Positions 63,356 to 64,000 of a DNA stretch of 64,000 bases are shown here, piece by piece. The DNA is from Lama glama. Lineage: Eukaryota. The notes below the pieces were generated by a model. It was not told the origin of the DNA, made no database searches, and was given only the letters and a program-made list of their open reading frames with translations. The DNA lies in assembly GCA_028534125.1 (NCBI GenBank), contig CM052818.1:30692001-30756000 (forward strand), in the 5' to 3' direction. The stretch's first letter is position 1. Each line of letters opens with the position of its first letter. A program made the position numbers and the translations under genes.

Positions 63356-64000
63356 AGGTTGAACCAGACTTCCTGGGTTCCTTTCCATTTGGGGCCTGAT
63401 TGATTAACTTGCTTGGGGTTAGGTGACAAAGGGGCTTACTGGAAGACTCGAGGTGTCCACAGGGCCCCCTGCCTCTGGCTGCACCTTGGTCTTTTGCTCA
63501 GGGGTCCCTCACAGTGCTGGCCCAAGTGGAATGGGGAAGCCCACAACTGCCCGTGTTCTTGTAAACAACTCACTTCTGTGGCAAAATGTTTGCTCTGAAA
63601 GGAAGTGCATCGGGTCCTGGCCTGTCCTCTCTGCCACCAGTATGAGGAAGAGGTCACCCACACTCTGAGATCCTTCCTGCTCGGGGTGGGCCACGCCCTG
63701 AAGGATGCTGGGCATGGGGCTGATGGCTGAAGGGCAGCCTCAACTTTTGATACTATGGCCAGGAGTATGAGGCCGTCTGCCATGTTATAAAACCTTCATA
63801 AGTGTCTTACCTTCCAAAGAATTGATGCTTTTCATGCCAAGGCTGCCTAAGGAAAGGAGATCAGAAGACAAAAGGGAATTAAGAGCATGTTCTGGACAGA
63901 AATCCATGACCTGGTTAAAAGGCTGACAGCTCTTAGAATACCCAAGAATGGGTGTGATAAGAAGAAACAAAAGAAACAAACACACAGGAAGAAACAAGCT

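Noticed and set aside
37000..64000. A second gene, RNA gene or processed pseudogene downstream of XDH
   Set aside because: No ORF resembles a protein I recognise, and I saw no exon chain or tRNA/snRNA signature. A short diverged exon or lncRNA cannot be excluded without alignment.

Overview
Mammalian genomic DNA, not microbial. The protein is cetartiodactyl-like. The repeat content (young L1 3' ends of a camelid-like type; no Alu, B1, BovB/Bov-A2 or PRE1 seen) suggests a camelid, but this is an inference. Bases 490-35420 (+) hold the last 27 coding exons (exons 10-36 by human numbering) of an intact xanthine dehydrogenase/oxidase gene (XDH). All introns are GT-AG, exon phases join without frameshift, and the 3209 coding nt match the human exon sizes as I recall them. 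Catalytic residues and the XDH-to-XO switch residues are kept. The 3' UTR probably ends near 36.9 kb. The remaining ~27 kb is intergenic: I found no further gene, only L1, L2, MIR, DNA-transposon and LTR relics and one 500-N assembly gap. I found no convincing new multi-gene system. The best leads are an ~830-bp degenerate CTG/CTA triplet array just after exon 14, a poly(A)-tailed dimeric retrocopy of an ERV LTR with a related solo LTR 10 kb away, several very young L1-mediated insertions with target-site duplications (TSDs), and clustered amino-acid changes beside the catalytic Glu802. Repeat family names and orthologue comparisons are from memory, not from database searches.
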